DNA of 64,000 nt from contig JBHGNT010000012.1 in NCBI GenBank assembly GCA_043228905.1, positions 12,710,001 to 12,774,000 of the forward strand. Direction: 5' to 3'. Shown one piece after another: positions 59,201 to 64,000 of this stretch; positions within the stretch are counted from its first letter, which is position 1, and each line of letters opens with the position of its first letter. The notes beneath the pieces were generated by a model that saw only the letters and a list, made by a program, of their open reading frames with translations, was not told the origin of the DNA and did no database searches. Origin of the DNA: Azolla caroliniana (Eukaryota > Plantae > Polypodiophyta). The translations under genes were made by a program, and so were the position numbers.

Positions 59201-62200
59201 GGGTATACATGTCCAAATTCATGGAGCACACGAGCAATCTCTCGAAAGAGTGGATCTTCGCCGCCCTATGTTCGGTAGGCCTTGCTGGCCCGGGAGTATT
59301 CCCCAAAATATTTTTGGAGCTGCTCCGGGGTAGGGTTGTCGATAGTGAAGATGCCCCCTTCCGGAAGGCCAATCAACGCATGGACGGCCTCCTCAGTGAT
59401 CAGCTCTGTGTCGATTTCCTTGACTATCTTCTCCGCCTCCCGGTGCGGTGGCACCTCCATGATTGTGAGGAAACCTTCTAATCCGTGTTGCCTTAGCCAC
59501 TTCTTGGCTGCTTTAGAGAGTGCTTGGCAGTCCATGGCTTCTTCGAGGTTGGTGAGCGCTGGTGAGGGGTGTGTTTGAGGAGGCTCGGTATGCGTGGGCT
59601 CGTGTTTGCTGATCTTCAATCCCATGTGCTCGTTTGTGCTCCTCTGTTCGCGAAATGTGACGGTTTCCACGCGGTGGGAGTTTTCTTGCTGCATGTTGCC
59701 GCCTTTTTTTCTGACTCGCGAGTGTGCACGTCGTGTACTAAAATAGAATGACGTGCCATGTGGCAACGGTTTAATATCCTATTAATAGCCCACTATGTAC
59801 CTTTTCAAAGTGCTTGTTCACTCCTTGTTCTTGCATGTGTCCGTTCACCCCTCGCCCCTGCATGATTTACTTTGATTTTATTTTTATTTTTATTTTTAAA
59901 GATAAAAATGGTTTTGTTAATCCGCATCTAGTCCCATTGGACCCCTATCCAGATTGTGGAACTTGTCGGCCGTTGGACTGCCTACCGTTGCGTCGTTCTT
60001 GTTGTTTGTCGGCTCGTGCTCCCTCTTACCGGCTTCACGCTTGCCAATTGCTAAACATGTTGCCGTCTCTTCCGACTTTCCGGTGTCCGGTTCTGTGTTG
60101 GCCTTTACTTGTTCAAATGGCTTTCTTGGCATGGGTCCATTGTATGGTTTGAATCCGAACCCAGTAACCCATTTACCCAGAACCTCGCCGGCGAGTGTCC
60201 CTAATTGGTAGTAACCGTTGAACTCATGCATAATCCAGTATGGTCCGGTCCACCGAAACCGTAGCTTTCCCGGTATCTTACTAGTACTAGCTTACTGATT
60301 CCGAACATTTTTTCGTTCCCTTTCCGGTGATGATCCACGAACGTCTTCCTTCGCCGCTGCTCTAGTTCTAGGTGCATGATGCTGGCTAGCCGGTGTTCTT
60401 CCAATTCGCATAGCGCGGCTAACCAGATAGCTTCCGATTCCTTCTCATTTAGGCGTTCCCGAATCTGTATTCGTAAACTCGGTGCCTGGAACTCTACCAG
60501 CATCACTGCTTCCAATCTGAATGCTAGGTGAAACGATGTTGTGCGGATACTTGTCTTATATGTCGTTCGTTAGGCCCAGAGTGCACTGTGTAGCTTTGTA
60601 TCCCAATCCGTCCGGTTCTCCTTGACGATTTTTCGCAGGATGTTTTGTATTGTTTTATTTCTTGACTCAGCTAATCCGTTGGCTTGCGGATAATAGGGAG
60701 TGCTCCGTTTGTGCATCACTGCATAAAATGTCGTCAAACTTTCCACTACTTGCCCTAAGAGTGCCCACCTTGGTCACTTATGAGCTCTATCGAACATCCA
60801 TACCAGCACCAGATGCATTCATATAAAAACTTTGTCGTGGATGTCGCGGTGTTGTCGCGTAGTGCTTTGGCTTCCACCTATTTTGTGTAGTAATCCGTAG
60901 CGACGATCACGTATCGGTTGCCGGTTCTCATTGCCGGTGGTTTGAATGGACCGACAAAATCCAACCCCCATTTCTGAAATGGTTCTAATGGTAGCACGGG
61001 CTGGTGAGGCATCCTGGCTTGTTCGGTTGGTTGGCCTATTCGCTGACATAGGTCACATTCTTTAGCGTACCAGACTACATCCTTCAATGTTGTCGGCCAC
61101 CATAATCCACTCTGCCATATTTTCCTTGTCATAGTGTCTCCGGAATAATGTCCTCCAGCCACGCCGCAGTGTGCTTCGCGCAATATTACTTCCTTTTTGT
61201 CGTTGTGCACTGCACGCCGCCATATGCCATCTGCGCCTTTGTGGTACAATGTGTCTTGTAATAGACAGAAGTGTCGGCTTTGAACTGCTAAGCGTTTCCT
61301 TTTGTCTCTATTCATCTCCTCCGGAGGTAAGCCGGTGCTCAGAAATTGGTGCATGTTGGTGAGCCACTTGTCTTCCTCTGCAACCGTACTATCCGATGCC
61401 GTTTCTGCTGTGACTTTAAACAACTCTGCATCTGGAAAGTCGTCTGGGACGCCGTCACCGATTTCGCCGGAATGTAACCGGCTTAAATAGTCTGCTACCG
61501 CATGTTGTATGCCGGGTCGGTGGAATATCTCGAACTCGAATTCTTGTAATAGTAACGTCCACCGGGCCAGGTTACCGGTGACTGATGCTTTGGACACCAA
61601 GTAGAGGAGCGCCGAATGATCTACGTGAAAGGAAAATTTCCTTCCCAACAGATAGTGTCTAAACTTGGTGACACTATAGATCATACCCAAGGCCTCCCTT
61701 TCCATTGTGGAATAATTACGTTCCGCTTGGGACAACTTCCGGCTGGCATAATACACTGGCCGGTACCATTTCGGTTCTGTAAGTTGCATCAGCGCGCTCC
61801 CGATTGCGATGTCGGACGCGTCAACGAACACATGGAACTCCTTAGACCAATCCGGAGGTTGCACCACCGACGTTTGTGACAACAGTACTTTTAGGGCCCG
61901 GTAAGCCTGATTATAACCGTAGAAACCATCCAGAAAACTGTACACCTTATGACCGGCGATCGCATCCAGGGCTCCATCCGTGAATGGAAGTGGGAAGGCA
62001 TCTGTTACCATAGCCGCATTCAATTTCCGGTAGTCGACACACACTCTTATCTTACTGTTCTTTTTGGGTACTACGACTATCGGGCTAAGCCATGTGGCTT
62101 TCTTTACCGGTCGGATGAAGCCCACTCTTAGCAACTTGTTGATTTCTTCTTTGACTTTTGCTGCATAATTTAGGTTCATCCGGTAACGCCGTTGCGCTAC

Positions 62201-64000
62201 CGGTTTGGCGTCTTTACCTAGATGTATCTGGTGTTGATACAACTGAGGATCGAGTCCCCGCATGTCCTCGTAGGACCAGGCGAACACATCGTGAAATTCT
62301 TTTAGGAGTGTGATCATTGCCACTTTGTTCTCCGGGGTCATTTCCTTGGGGATGTGCACCGGTCTTGTGTCCTCTGTGGTACCTAGGTTTACCTCTTCTA
62401 GTTGGGATGCTTTCACGCGCTGCGATACTGCCATTTCTTTTTCCAGTGCCTCCTGTGCTTGCCGTAATTCCCGGACTACTTCTTTATGTAGTTCCTCGTC
62501 AGTCCCGTCCGGTTGCAGTATGTACGGTGATACTACTTCAACTACATCAATCTCGAACAGAGGTACGATCTTCAAATTTTCCTGTAAGTATTGATCAACC
62601 TCTTCGTCCGCCAATCCTTCCAGCATGTTGACACATTCCGCATATAGCGGCATTGATTCCTTGCCGGTACCGGATCGTGGTTGAGTCGGTACTCGTACTT
62701 TCACTTTTCCACACCGGAACGTAATTATATTCTTCCTCCAATTTTGCTTAATGTGTGTTGTTTTTAACCAAGGGCGTCCGAACAATAGTGGGTAAGCTCC
62801 CTAGGCCTGTAGCTGGAGAACTACTGTGGAAATGCGAAATGTGTGACCCCCGATGGTCACTTCCAGATCAAGTATTAATCCGGTCGGCCGTACTGAGCTT
62901 GTGTCCGCCATCCGAAGCCAAAACGGGCACGGTTCCCAGTCATGGATTCCTAGAGTGTTACACGTTCGGAGGCTAATCATGTTCACGCCAGATCCTCCAT
63001 CGATAATCATGCCCGGTAGCTCATTTCCTTTCACGATGGCTGTGATTGTCGGACTGCTCGTGTCCACCACTGCCGGTCCTTCCTCTGGATTTGAAAAGAA
63101 TGCTGGAGTCGGTGGTGTGTCAACTGTGGTCCTTCCTATCTTCAGTCCTTCCGTGAAGCCTGGTACCAGTTGCAATAGTTAGCCTAACGGTAGCCTTATT
63201 TGGCATTCTTGTAACGCCTGCCATGTTCGATTTTCGGGCTGCCCCGGACCGGTGAGCTCTTCGGCATTCTACTTTTGTTGTTCAAGCTCTACTGCATTCC
63301 GCTCATTTTCCTTCTTCTCTCATTCTGTTGCCTGCTTCCGGATGGCTTCTTGAGTTTCCCACTCCGTGGCTTTGCCTTTTGATCTTGTAGTGACTTGTTG
63401 TATTTCTGCGACTTCCGCGTCCACCATGTTCACCGTTGGTCGCTTGTCGTAGCTCTTCGTAGGACATTGATTACTATAGTGGCCTTCTTGCTGGCAATAA
63501 TAGCAGTACGGCTTCCAGGTGTTGCTGGATTTAGTGTGTGTGCTTGGTGGAGGTCCTGTGGTAAGTGTGTGGTTTTGGTTCGGTTGGCTGCTTGGAGCGC
63601 CCTTTTCCGGTTCCCGTGGATGACCCCCCTTTTTGTTGAAATGACGTTTCTTGAAATTCTTTTTGTTTCGATAACCTTGACGGTGTTGGTCGTCATACTT
63701 GCCATAGTCGTCCCGTCAGTGGTTGTAACCAGGGGAGTGATCCCGGTTGTATCTCTCGTACCGTCCATTATAGTCCCGGTATCTATCATGTCTGTCATAC
63801 CGGTCATAAGCGTCTCTTCGATCGCTGTACCGGACATCTTATGCCCGTCGGTAGCGCTCCTCTCGCCGCCAACGTTCTTCTTCTTCCTCCTGGTTGCTCC
63901 GTGGTTCAATTTGCCGGACCGGTGGTGCTTGCCGATTTAACAAATTATTCTCACACTGTTCCATTGTGTGACTTCTGGAGTGGCAGAGTAAGCATTGGGA
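56270..64000 (-). mobile_element. Athila-like non-chromoviral gypsy element F (5' end outside the window); probable 3' LTR about 56270-56594
   Basis: Zinc knuckle CYYCQQEGHYSNQC (about 63465-63506); PR IIDGGSGVN; RT FLDGFYGYNQ; RH VDASD; IN HCGVAGGH..CDLC; TGTTA..TAACA segment with a minus-strand TATA; LTR ends uncertain. Confidence 0.8.
56827..59766 (-). pseudogene. Extra ORF downstream of pol in F (coiled-coil-rich, fragmented)
   Basis: Collinear same-strand fragments at 59266-59766, 58705-59049, 57775-58278, 57445-57627 and 56827-57255; E/K/Q-rich heptads. Confidence 0.6.

Overview
Eukaryotic, repeat-dense nuclear DNA, most likely from a non-seed vascular plant such as a fern (inferred from the Tcn1-like chromoviruses, plant tRNA PBSs and 2S-albumin-like genes). 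Most of the window is nested LTR retrotransposons: a young chromovirus A (12215-21420) with a gag-only element B inside its gag; four decayed copies of an iMet-primed chromovirus family D; two tRNA-Trp-primed non-chromoviral gypsy elements (C, E) whose LTRs and target sites are swapped by an inversion; a copia; a solo LTR; a second A-like copy; and an Athila-like element with an extra ORF. The host DNA they landed in is a ~2-kb tandem array of pseudogenised, secreted, Arg/Glu-rich 2S-albumin-like storage-protein genes with RY-box/ABRE promoters. A spliced coiled-coil RING-H2 gene lies at the left end. Strongest leads: (1) tRNA-derived Pol III A/B-box cassettes pointing outward in the U3 of LTRs of two unrelated retrotransposon lineages; (2) the storage-protein array with seed-type cis-elements; (3) a Tf1-type self-priming site with a masking hairpin; (4) two -1 frameshift signals with pseudoknots; (5) an inversion that can be reconstructed from TSDs. 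All analysis was by eye; no searches were run.
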